A stretch of 64,000 nt of DNA from a virus. Shown in pieces: positions 8,326-16,256 of the stretch. The notes beneath the pieces are model-generated. The model was not told where the DNA came from. It did not search any database and saw only the letters and a list, made by a program, of their open reading frames with translations. Every line of letters begins with the position of its first letter. Within the stretch, counting starts at the first letter, position 1. The stretch is taken from the IMG/VR virus record IMGVR_UViG_3300022902_000004, positions 62,268-126,267 of that record. One strand, 5' to 3'. A program made the translations under genes and the position numbers.

Positions 8326-8984
8326 GTCTTGAATCGATCGTCAATGATTCCCCATTTGAGTTCTCGCATCATGTTTGTAACATACAACTCGAGGTTGTCA
8401 AGGTAATCTCTGTAGTAGCAACCCTCGGATACATCAAGGACGATAACGGGAATCGCTGAGAATGGGACGCCAATGTCAGCCGAGTCAACGACAAAATTGA
8501 TGTATCGCCTGAGATAAATGCTGTATGCTGTTACGGCGTACCCATCACGTGAACTCTTGGCGCAGGCAATAAAATGCTTCTGCCAGTTATCGAACGTTCC
8601 GAAATCTCGTGTGAGGCGCATATAACATAGCATGTCCATATTGATTTCACTGTTGGGATCACTGATGTTGTCCAGATACTTTCCTTGCAGGAACGAATCG
8701 TTGATTGCGAAGGACTCGGCGATTTTGAGATTTCGAAATGTGTTGCTGATATCGTTATCAGCCTCTTCAATTCGAGCTCCGTCCAGTTCAGCACTAACCC
8801 TGTTTAGCGTCGTCACTGACTTTTCGAAGTGCCTGATTCTAGCCGCTTTTACTTTCTCGCTGAGTTTTTCAGTGGTGAGCTGAAACTTCCTGGGAGATAC
8901 AACGTATGCCTCATTCAATCGTTTTCGTTTCGGTAGTACGCCATCAATAGCTCGCAGTACGTCATTTTTGATATTGCTTTTCAT
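8295..8984 (-). CDS. hypothetical protein with Fe/Mn superoxide-dismutase-like sequence signature; metal ligands not conserved
   Basis: DFGTFDNWQKHFIACAKSS...GYAVTAY resembles the SOD C-domain FGSFDAFKEEFTKAA...FGSGWAWL. VLDVSEGCYYRDYLDN resembles GIDVWEHAYYLKYQN. The N-terminal IRHFEKSVTTLN resembles HHSKHHQTYVNNLN. His ligand positions are replaced (R/D/G). Confidence 0.35.
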   Translation of the reverse strand: MKSNIKNDVLRAIDGVLPKRKRLNEAYVVSPRKFQLTTEKLSEKVKAARIRHFEKSVTTLNRVSAELDGARIEEADNDISNTFRNLKIAESFAINDSFLQGKYLDNISDPNSEINMDMLCYMRLTRDFGTFDNWQKHFIACAKSSRDGYAVTAYSIYLRRYINFVVDSADIGVPFSAIPVIVLDVSEGCYYRDYLDNLELYVTNMMRELKWGIIDDRFKTCEKIARITE

Positions 8985-9337
8985 CTAACCTCATACTCCT
9001 TTTCAAACTCGTCTGACGGCACGGCCAGCAAGTCATCTTTCTTTTGTGCCTTGTCAGTTGGTTCGTAATACATCGAACCTAGGTCTTCGACGGGTTCCGT
9101 TTCATAAAGCACACTGCCTTGACGTTGTTGATGCGGGAGAACATTCGCCTTCTTCTTGGTGTCAAACCTTGCCGTTTCTGGTGAAGCCAACATGATTGTT
9201 ATATCGCCGCCAGGTTCCTGAATTACGCTGTCAACCGTATATTCGTACTGTGACAATTTGTGGCGTACTTTTAGGCCCTTCGAGATTACGACGTTCCCGC
9301 GGGGATCTTTCACGTCCATTTCTTTCATGTTTTGCAT
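8981..9337 (-). CDS. hypothetical protein (118 aa)
   Basis: ORF in array with 4-nt overlap. Confidence 0.35.
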   Translation of the reverse strand: MQNMKEMDVKDPRGNVVISKGLKVRHKLSQYEYTVDSVIQEPGGDITIMLASPETARFDTKKKANVLPHQQRQGSVLYETEPVEDLGSMYYEPTDKAQKKDDLLAVPSDEFEKEYEVR

Positions 9338-10506
9338 TAGTCAATCACCCCTGCCAAGTTTTTCCACCGATTGAATGTCTCGGCATCTTTGTCACTGATT
9401 TTGTCTGCTTTTATGCGCCGCGGGCCCGTCAAAAGGCCTTCCTCGAAAACTGTTTTGCCGACAGCTTTATTTACCGCCTGTTTGAATTTCAGACGTTGTT
9501 TCTCGCCGCCTCTTTTCGACTGTGTCATCCGCGGGGATTTCTTTATCAAATCAATGAATGCCTGTTTAGAAACGAACGGGCCGTCATTTGCTTCTGATTC
9601 ATCTTCAGGTGTTGTAGGATCATCTGTATTTTCGGCATCGTCTTGATCAGCGTTCGAGGCTTCAGCTTCAGGGGTTTCCTGCTCTAAATCAGCCGCGGCT
9701 TCTTTTGATGCATCACCGATATCATCGCTTGGGTTTGGATCAGCTTCAGGTATTGGCTGAAAGAGCTTTGAAAGAGGTACCTTCATAATAGCGTCTGCCA
9801 TGCCTTTGATCATTCCTGCGTCGATGTCAGGGATTGCGCTCATTATCTTTTTTTCGATGCCACCAATTTTACCGTTTCCAAAAAAATTACTGATTCTGGT
9901 TAGGTAACCACCCTTAATCGCTTTTGTCAGGGCGCTTTCAATTCCTGACTGGAGTGTGTTTATATCAGGGATTCCATTTTTTCCTGCTAAACTGTCTAGC
10001 GAACCTGACTGATCCAAAGAGCCTGATAAATCTGCATCGCCAGCTAGCGATTTCAGATTTGTCTGGATGTTGTTCATTGCTTTGGTAAAACCTGTCGTAA
10101 AGTCCGTCGCCTTTGTGTACAATGTTGCCACAGTCTTGATTATACGAGGCAGTGTAACTTTACCTCCCCACACCTGCGACACAGGGTTGGAGCCTGCGAA
10201 ATTAATTTTTGCCAATTCACCTTGTGCAAGGTTTAGAGCATCATCAATGCCTGAGACATATTTCGCAACATTCGGCAACTCGACGCCAAGACTGCCAATA
10301 TATTCGGTTATTCCTGTTGCTGCCTTTCTGGCTTTTGCGAGCGAATCAAGTACAGTCTTGACATCAGCCTCATCAAGCTCTTCTGTTATAAGGCGTGAGA
10401 TGCTGCCTTCAAAAAGGCACAGTTCCATGGCACGATCCGCATCGAGGCATTTTTCCAAAATCACTTGCAACTTTGGATCGGCAACAATTTTCATACGATT
10501 TTTCAT
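9337..10506 (-). CDS. hypothetical protein (389 aa) with acidic low-complexity insert
   Basis: GSLDQSGSLDSLAG repeats and a DPNPSDDIGD...EDESEANDGP acidic block. Confidence 0.45.
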   Translation of the reverse strand: MKNRMKIVADPKLQVILEKCLDADRAMELCLFEGSISRLITEELDEADVKTVLDSLAKARKAATGITEYIGSLGVELPNVAKYVSGIDDALNLAQGELAKINFAGSNPVSQVWGGKVTLPRIIKTVATLYTKATDFTTGFTKAMNNIQTNLKSLAGDADLSGSLDQSGSLDSLAGKNGIPDINTLQSGIESALTKAIKGGYLTRISNFFGNGKIGGIEKKIMSAIPDIDAGMIKGMADAIMKVPLSKLFQPIPEADPNPSDDIGDASKEAAADLEQETPEAEASNADQDDAENTDDPTTPEDESEANDGPFVSKQAFIDLIKKSPRMTQSKRGGEKQRLKFKQAVNKAVGKTVFEEGLLTGPRRIKADKISDKDAETFNRWKNLAGVID

Positions 10507-10511
10507 TTGGC

Positions 10512-10748
10512 TTAGTACCCACCAGGACCGTAGCCGACGCCGTCAAGTTCGTCAAACGATTCTTGCACGATTCTCATGCATTCTGTTTTTAGTTGCTGTA
10601 TTGGTGTGCCATACCCTACTTCTTCTTCTTTTGCCGCAATATAATCATTGATTGCCTCAAATAGCGTAACATCAGCTGGGCTGAAACCTCCGCCGCCAAG
10701 CTGTTCTTTGATTAGCTTTCGTAGTTCTGTCTTTGAGATTTTTTTCAT
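10512..10748 (-). CDS. small protein of the QLRRLIRE N-terminal leader family
   Basis: N-terminus MKKISKTELRKLIKEQL matches the recurring leader. Confidence 0.4.
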   Translation of the reverse strand: MKKISKTELRKLIKEQLGGGGFSPADVTLFEAINDYIAAKEEEVGYGTPIQQLKTECMRIVQESFDELDGVGYGPGGY

Positions 10749-10784
10749 CGCTATGTCTCCCTCGTTATACTAAATATGGCGAGG

Positions 10785-11201
10785 TTATTCAAATTGACGA
10801 ACTTCGATCCCAGAATTTTGGAGTAGGGTGATTCCTCTTTCATCACGATATTTCACGTCATAAATGACCTGGCGGATACCGGCGTTGACAATTGCTTTTG
10901 CACATCTGGTACACGGCGACAATGTCACATACATCCGTTTTTCAACCGGGTTGTTGTAGTCCATTTTTATCAGCGCGTTGATTTCGGCATGAATACAGCC
11001 GCTTTCACCTGGAAGAGCCGACTCAACCTCGTTGGCTCCCCCGGCTTCATCTCCATTGTATCCTACCGCCAGGAGTTGTGTGTTGTTTCCTGACACAACA
11101 ATGGCACCGACTTTCCACCGTGGATCAATACTTCTGTGCGAAATTGTTCTGGCAAATTGCATCCAGATAGAATCCCATGTTGGTCTTTCATTCTTCGACA
11201 T
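10785..11201 (-). CDS. dCMP deaminase (zinc-dependent cytidine/deoxycytidylate deaminase family)
   Basis: HAEINAL (HxE) and SPCTRCAKAI (PCxxC) zinc motifs, plus the N-terminus RPTWDSIWMQFARTISHRS...GAIVV. Start is trimmed to an internal Met to remove the overlap with the upstream gene. Confidence 0.8.
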   Translation of the reverse strand: MSKNERPTWDSIWMQFARTISHRSIDPRWKVGAIVVSGNNTQLLAVGYNGDEAGGANEVESALPGESGCIHAEINALIKMDYNNPVEKRMYVTLSPCTRCAKAIVNAGIRQVIYDVKYRDERGITLLQNSGIEVRQFE

Positions 11202-12030
11202 CAAAAATACCCTCGATGTCCATCCCATCGATGATGAAACCAGACGCGTTTGGGTGACCTCCACCACCGAAGGACCTTGCAATCTCGGATGCATCGACAA
11301 TGGCGTGCTGGCCTCGGAGACTTACCTTCGTACGATTGCTGTGGTGGTCATAAAACCAAATCACAGCCAAATCGGCTTTCATTGCCATCGCTGCACCAAG
11401 TTCTGACATAAGGTGCTGAGAGTTTATGACGAGAACATCATGGCCTCGCAGTTTCCGTTTCGACGCCTTCTCCATCAATGTCTTGACAACTGTCTTTGTG
11501 TATGCAAGAATGTAGCTTCCTCGCTTCACGGCATCATCAAACACAGAATCATCCTCAAACTTTTCGAACTCCTCAAACTCGAATGGAACCATGTCGAATG
11601 CACGACTGAATTCCTTAGAATACGGCAGCTCGAAACGCCATAGGTCACGGTCAGTTATATACTGGATGAACTTGGGCACTGTCTTGTCAGGATGAAAGTA
11701 ATTCCATGCCATCGTGGCACCTGAGTTATTCATGTCAAAAATCGTTTCAGAGATGTCATGCAGCTCAACCACAGCACTTTTGTGGTGGTCGATGATTAGC
11801 AATGAGTTGGCGTCTTCAATCATCTGCTTCGTCACCGCGTTGGGGAACGAAAAATCAAGGATCGCCACATTCTTGCCTACAACATCGGGTGGCGGGTTTC
11901 CGTGGGCACATGGAATGTATTCTGCTCTGTTCCCCAATAGCTTCCAGGCTGCATATGCAGCTCCCATGCCATCAGAGCATTTTGCATGATAAAGTACCAC
12001 GTTCACATCACTAGGATTCATTCGACTCAT
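11188..12030 (-). CDS. DHH-DHHA1 phosphoesterase (NrnA/nanoRNase- or pAp/cyclic-dinucleotide phosphodiesterase-like)
   Basis: VVLYHAKCSDGMGAAYAAW (motif I), ILDFSFP (motif II), IIDHHK (DHH motif III), and GGGHPNASGF (DHHA1 GGGH motif). Confidence 0.7.
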   Translation of the reverse strand: MSRMNPSDVNVVLYHAKCSDGMGAAYAAWKLLGNRAEYIPCAHGNPPPDVVGKNVAILDFSFPNAVTKQMIEDANSLLIIDHHKSAVVELHDISETIFDMNNSGATMAWNYFHPDKTVPKFIQYITDRDLWRFELPYSKEFSRAFDMVPFEFEEFEKFEDDSVFDDAVKRGSYILAYTKTVVKTLMEKASKRKLRGHDVLVINSQHLMSELGAAMAMKADLAVIWFYDHHSNRTKVSLRGQHAIVDASEIARSFGGGGHPNASGFIIDGMDIEGIFDVEE

Positions 12031-12046
12031 ATTATTCCCCTGTTAC

Positions 12047-12649
12047 TTACTCATCGCCATTCATAAAAAATGTATGTTCGTGGCACCTTGGTGAGTACAC
12101 TTCTTCTCCACCCACATGGATTTTGTCTAGACCTTCAACTGTCGCGATTGTGTAGAACGCATCAGCTCCGGAAATTGGACAAACTGCAGGACAGACCTCC
12201 ACCTGCGTCGCCCACGGAAACATTTTCTGTATTTCATCAAATGGTTCCCCGGTCGATGACAACTGGATTGATGATACGTATACATCTTTCCCAGACTTGA
12301 ACAGTTTGATGAGGGCGTCTGCAGCCCCATCGATCATGAAGGCCTCATCCACGGCAATCACATCAGCACCCGCACTAAGCCCCAGGATCTCCTTGCCGGT
12401 ACTCACGCACATCGCCGGTACCTCAGCACCTCCGTGTGTCACAATCTTGTCAATTGTATAGCGGTGATCCATTTTCGGCTTGAATGCAGCGACTGTTCTA
12501 GACTGGTATTTTGCCCTGTCAATCGCTGCCAGCATCCACGAGGTTTTCCCGCCAAACATGGGCCCACACCAAATAATGAACCTGGGATTCCTGGCGTACC
12601 TTTTTTCATCTTTTTTCAACGGTTTACCTCCAAACATGATGTTATACAA
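12047..12649 (-). CDS. tdk: thymidine kinase
   Basis: P-loop IIWCGPMFGGKTSWML (GPMFSGKS-type), Cys-rich C-terminal CPAVCPISG...CHEH, length about 195 aa. Confidence 0.85.
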   Translation of the reverse strand: MYNIMFGGKPLKKDEKRYARNPRFIIWCGPMFGGKTSWMLAAIDRAKYQSRTVAAFKPKMDHRYTIDKIVTHGGAEVPAMCVSTGKEILGLSAGADVIAVDEAFMIDGAADALIKLFKSGKDVYVSSIQLSSTGEPFDEIQKMFPWATQVEVCPAVCPISGADAFYTIATVEGLDKIHVGGEEVYSPRCHEHTFFMNGDE

Positions 12650-12672
12650 TATTTATATCAAAAGGAGCTGAT

Positions 12673-13539
12673 ATGTACATTACTAAAGAAATTTTCTCTG
12701 TCTTCAAAAAAGATGGTTCACTAAGCACACGACAAAAAATCATTTTCGTTTTTGAATGCGACTCATGTCATATGACATACAAAAAGCCTAGACACAAAGT
12801 TAGCAAATCTAAATCCGGTCTCACGTTTTGCTCTGTTTCATGTCGCCATGCGGCGAACAAAAAAGGAAATAAACTTTGTGAAAGTAGAGAAAAACATTGT
12901 ATTGAAAAATATGGCACCTCAAGTCCAACAAAATTACTGGAAACACAGGAAAAGGGACGAGCAACGCTTAGAAGAAAATATGGTGATGACGTTAGTTCTC
13001 CGCTGGCTGTTCCCGGTGCCAAGGAGAAGCGCCGGAGAACTCATCTTGAAAGATATGGTGCTGAAGAAACATTTCAAAATGAGCAATTTGTCAAGAAGCG
13101 TGCTGCAACGTGGTTGAAACGTTATGGTGTCCCATATCACCCATTCCCAAAAGATGCAAATATCAAGTCTCGACTAGCCATGGCAAAGATGCCTCATAAA
13201 TGGTCGTCCAAAGTAGAGCTTGAATATGGTGTGCTCCTCCGTGAACGCTTTGGTGCAGATGATGTTTTTGCACAAAAATGGATAAATAGGTGGCCTATCG
13301 ACTTTTATATCAAATCAATTGACACATATATTCAATTCGACGGCGTTTATTGGCACGCGCTAAATTGTTCGCTCGATGTACTCAAAGAATCAAAATCGCC
13401 ACGAGATAAAGCAAGACTAAAAAAGTGGGAAGCAGATCGAACACAAGACGAATGGTTTAGTTCGCATGATCTGCGATTAGTCAGGATCACAGATGAGGAG
13501 TTCAAGTACTCTCCTAGCCATTGTATTGACATACTATAG
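12673..13539 (+). CDS. free-standing homing-endonuclease-like protein (Zn-finger, K-YG repeats, C-terminal Vsr/PD-(D/E)xK-like FDGVYWH motif)
   Basis: AAGGAG RBS 6 nt before ATG. CxxC...CxxC N-terminus, repeated (K/R)YG modules, C-terminal PIDFYI...IQFDGVYWH. It is inserted on the opposite strand between tdk and the epimerase. Confidence 0.55.
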   Translation: MYITKEIFSVFKKDGSLSTRQKIIFVFECDSCHMTYKKPRHKVSKSKSGLTFCSVSCRHAANKKGNKLCESREKHCIEKYGTSSPTKLLETQEKGRATLRRKYGDDVSSPLAVPGAKEKRRRTHLERYGAEETFQNEQFVKKRAATWLKRYGVPYHPFPKDANIKSRLAMAKMPHKWSSKVELEYGVLLRERFGADDVFAQKWINRWPIDFYIKSIDTYIQFDGVYWHALNCSLDVLKESKSPRDKARLKKWEADRTQDEWFSSHDLRLVRITDEEFKYSPSHCIDIL

Positions 13540-13540
13540 T

Positions 13541-14545
13541 TCAAATTAGTCCTTTTAGTTTCAATATTTTCTCAAGCCCTTGTTCGACTGTCGTTTTGAC
13601 GTCCCACACATTCCGGAGCCGAACGGTTCCAGCACATGTATGCTTCACATCTCCCGGGCGAGAGGGTGACTTATTGATTATAATCTCCGGACGATGCTTT
13701 TTCAAGATTTTCAGGATTTCGTTGCTAGAGACAGATTTGCCAGTACCTACGTTGAGGCGCACGAAGTTTTCAGTCGTTTTCCGGATCGCCATTGCTATCA
13801 TTGTGCCGACGACATCATCGACATATACCAGATCTCGTGTCTGAGTTCCATCGCCGTCAAGTCGCAATGGTTTCCCGGTAGCAATAGCATCAACCCATGC
13901 CGTAATGGCTGTCATGTATTTCGTGCCATCGGCTCTCGCCGGCCCATATACATTGAAGAATCTGAGTGCTACCGCTGGGATCCCATACAGATCTGCAAAC
14001 TGCTTTATGAATTGTTCGCAAACAAGCTTTTGGAGACCATATGGGCTGACAGGTTCACATGTATCTCGTTCATCATACCATGTGCTATCTTGGTCACCGT
14101 AAACAGATGATGAAGATGCAAAGACAAATCGTTCCAAATTTGCTTTACGACACGCATCGAGAAGCTTCACCGTCTTCATGACGTTTGTGTCTGTCGTCTC
14201 AACCGGATGTTCAACAGAATATTCCACGCGAGGATTTGCAGCAAGGTGGAACACGTGTGTGTAGCCTCCTGTCACTAACTCACGAAGAACAACTGCATGC
14301 GTAAAATCACCATTCACAACAAGACAATCATTGAAATCAGGAAGCTGTTTTCGGAACTGGCGTATCATAGACGGCAGCACAGTTCGAAATTCAACCTCTT
14401 TGTCACGTAGATTGCCCAGCGTCCCAGAGGAGAAGTCGTCCACGATAGTGATGGACCAACCCTTCACATACAGCTCTTTTACGAGGTGTGAACCAATAAA
14501 CCCCAGCCCACCTGTGATCATCGCGCGCTTTCTATTTACTTTCAT
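13541..14545 (-). CDS. NAD-dependent sugar-nucleotide epimerase/dehydratase (GalE/UDP-sugar 4-epimerase family, extended SDR)
   Basis: Rossmann MITGGLGFIGSHL, catalytic YGLQK (YxxxK), FASSSSVYG, about 330 aa. Confidence 0.8.
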   Translation of the reverse strand: MKVNRKRAMITGGLGFIGSHLVKELYVKGWSITIVDDFSSGTLGNLRDKEVEFRTVLPSMIRQFRKQLPDFNDCLVVNGDFTHAVVLRELVTGGYTHVFHLAANPRVEYSVEHPVETTDTNVMKTVKLLDACRKANLERFVFASSSSVYGDQDSTWYDERDTCEPVSPYGLQKLVCEQFIKQFADLYGIPAVALRFFNVYGPARADGTKYMTAITAWVDAIATGKPLRLDGDGTQTRDLVYVDDVVGTMIAMAIRKTTENFVRLNVGTGKSVSSNEILKILKKHRPEIIINKSPSRPGDVKHTCAGTVRLRNVWDVKTTVEQGLEKILKLKGLI

Positions 14546-15371
14546 TTTTATATTGCCTCCTTAGTGATTGAATACTTTTATCAAAAAACGAATAAGATAG
14601 CTTTTGCAAATCATCATGCATTAGTATTCTGTAGAGGATGTTTATTTCTGTTGTGTAGCGCTCAGCAGCACCTTTTTTAGCCATAAGCTTGTTATGTTTC
14701 TCATATCCTTTTACCTCTTCTAAAACTGTTTTGCCATCTAATTGCTGTATTAAAAAATCAGGCACATAATGATGTTCTGTGTCACCTAACTTATACGGAA
14801 TGCAAATTCCATGATTTTTCGTCCATGCACTTACGTTATCATCAATGTCAAGAATTTTCATTCTCAAATATTCATAAAATGAATCAAATCGATTTTGTTC
14901 ATTCGTTTTTGTTGATTTGTAAGTACCTGCGATATATCTTGGGTGTGTGGGTATTTCACCGTTAGCGATTTTCAGCGATCTTGTTAGTGACATTTGTCTT
15001 TTAGATGCTATAGAATGCTTTTTGCCTTGAAAACCGACAGAGCGACGTTTTCCATAATTCATTTTTTCTTTTGCGGCGGGCGTCATACTTTGAAGACCGA
15101 TCTTTACATTTTTGCTCATGAGCTCCTTTGATAAAGCTGTATGTTTTTTGCCATAAAAAGGATTGCCTTCGCCCATCATCATGTTTGACATTTTATTTTT
15201 CCACTCTATAGAATGTAGCCTCCCACGATTTACACAATTACGACTACAAAATAATCGCTTTCCGGCACGAGCCTGTCGACTGTTTAGCCATTTTTCTATA
15301 TGACAACTGTTACATACAAAAAGATACATCATTCGACCATTTATTTTTTTTCGTTGTAATATCATGTACAA
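14532..15371 (-). CDS. free-standing homing-endonuclease-like protein (NUMOD-like NPxYGK repeats plus C-terminal PD-(D/E)xK-like YVPDF...EEVKG)
   Basis: CxxC Zn finger (CNSCH...CSRNC), GEGNPFYGKKHT repeats, HHYVPDFLIQ...LEEVKGY. Confidence 0.55.
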   Translation of the reverse strand: MYMILQRKKINGRMMYLFVCNSCHIEKWLNSRQARAGKRLFCSRNCVNRGRLHSIEWKNKMSNMMMGEGNPFYGKKHTALSKELMSKNVKIGLQSMTPAAKEKMNYGKRRSVGFQGKKHSIASKRQMSLTRSLKIANGEIPTHPRYIAGTYKSTKTNEQNRFDSFYEYLRMKILDIDDNVSAWTKNHGICIPYKLGDTEHHYVPDFLIQQLDGKTVLEEVKGYEKHNKLMAKKGAAERYTTEINILYRILMHDDLQKLSYSFFDKSIQSLRRQYKNESK

Positions 15372-15387
15372 TAAATATCAAACCACA

Positions 15388-15417
15388 AAGAAACCGCCTG
15401 TCACCAGGGCTTTCTTT
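15388..15417 (-). terminator. candidate stem-loop between the glycosyltransferase and homing-endonuclease genes
   Basis: AAAGAAAccGCCTGtcacCAGGGCTTTCTTT is an imperfect inverted repeat flanked by T-rich sequence. Coordinates are approximate. Confidence 0.25.
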
Positions 15418-15424
15418 ATTTGCT

Positions 15425-16249
15425 TCATAATTTTTTCTCAATGCTTGGTGTGTCGGTGAATCGCTCGACCCATATTTGTGGACTATTTTTCCAGTTATCC
15501 ATTCTGATTATCGTTTCTTTTTCGTACCATTTTGGATTATCATACTTTGCGCGATACAACGGCTCATCGCGTTTGATTTGTGCTCGATGAATCGGGCCGT
15601 GATCGCCGGTTTCCTCTGGCATATGCGTATGGTGAGCTACCTGGCCTAAATATAACATCATGTTTGCGCCCATGTACGCTGCACGATTTCCTAGGTCTGT
15701 ATGTGCCATTGGGCATGTTTCCCACGCACAATTCAGACCCCCGAGCTCATCAAAAAACGTTCTATGCATAATGCCCAGATTGATAATCAAATTTGAATCT
15801 GGAATATATTTCGATTTCAACGATTTATGACTATTACATGAAAAATAATCGGGAGAATATGGCGATGCATTGGCACCTTCTGAATACACACACGACACAA
15901 TATCCCTATTCGATCCATACGTCGATTCAAGTTCTTCCAAATGGTCAATGACCCGATCTAGCTCATTTGGAAAAAATAATCCGTCATCCGCCATCCATGT
16001 GATGTATTTTCCTTCTGCAACTGACGCCGCCAATTGATTTGCTCGACATGGAGAACCAAAATCCTTGATGTATTTTATATTTACCATGCCGTTCATGATG
16101 TCAGGAAGGGGATATGGGCCACACACGATCAGCTCGGCAGGATATTTCGTACATGAGTTTGCAAGAGAAGTAACTAAGTCGTGTATCTTTTCTGTACGAA
16201 TGCTAGGTAACGTTACCGATAACATCATTTCATTTTCCGTTTGTTTCAT
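15425..16249 (-). CDS. GT-A fold glycosyltransferase (family-2-like), soluble
   Basis: MLSVTLPSIR (compare SVIIPTYN) and YITWMADDGLFFPNEL (DxD motif). No TM segments. Confidence 0.55.
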   Translation of the reverse strand: MKQTENEMMLSVTLPSIRTEKIHDLVTSLANSCTKYPAELIVCGPYPLPDIMNGMVNIKYIKDFGSPCRANQLAASVAEGKYITWMADDGLFFPNELDRVIDHLEELESTYGSNRDIVSCVYSEGANASPYSPDYFSCNSHKSLKSKYIPDSNLIINLGIMHRTFFDELGGLNCAWETCPMAHTDLGNRAAYMGANMMLYLGQVAHHTHMPEETGDHGPIHRAQIKRDEPLYRAKYDNPKWYEKETIIRMDNWKNSPQIWVERFTDTPSIEKKL

Positions 16250-16256
16250 AATAGTC

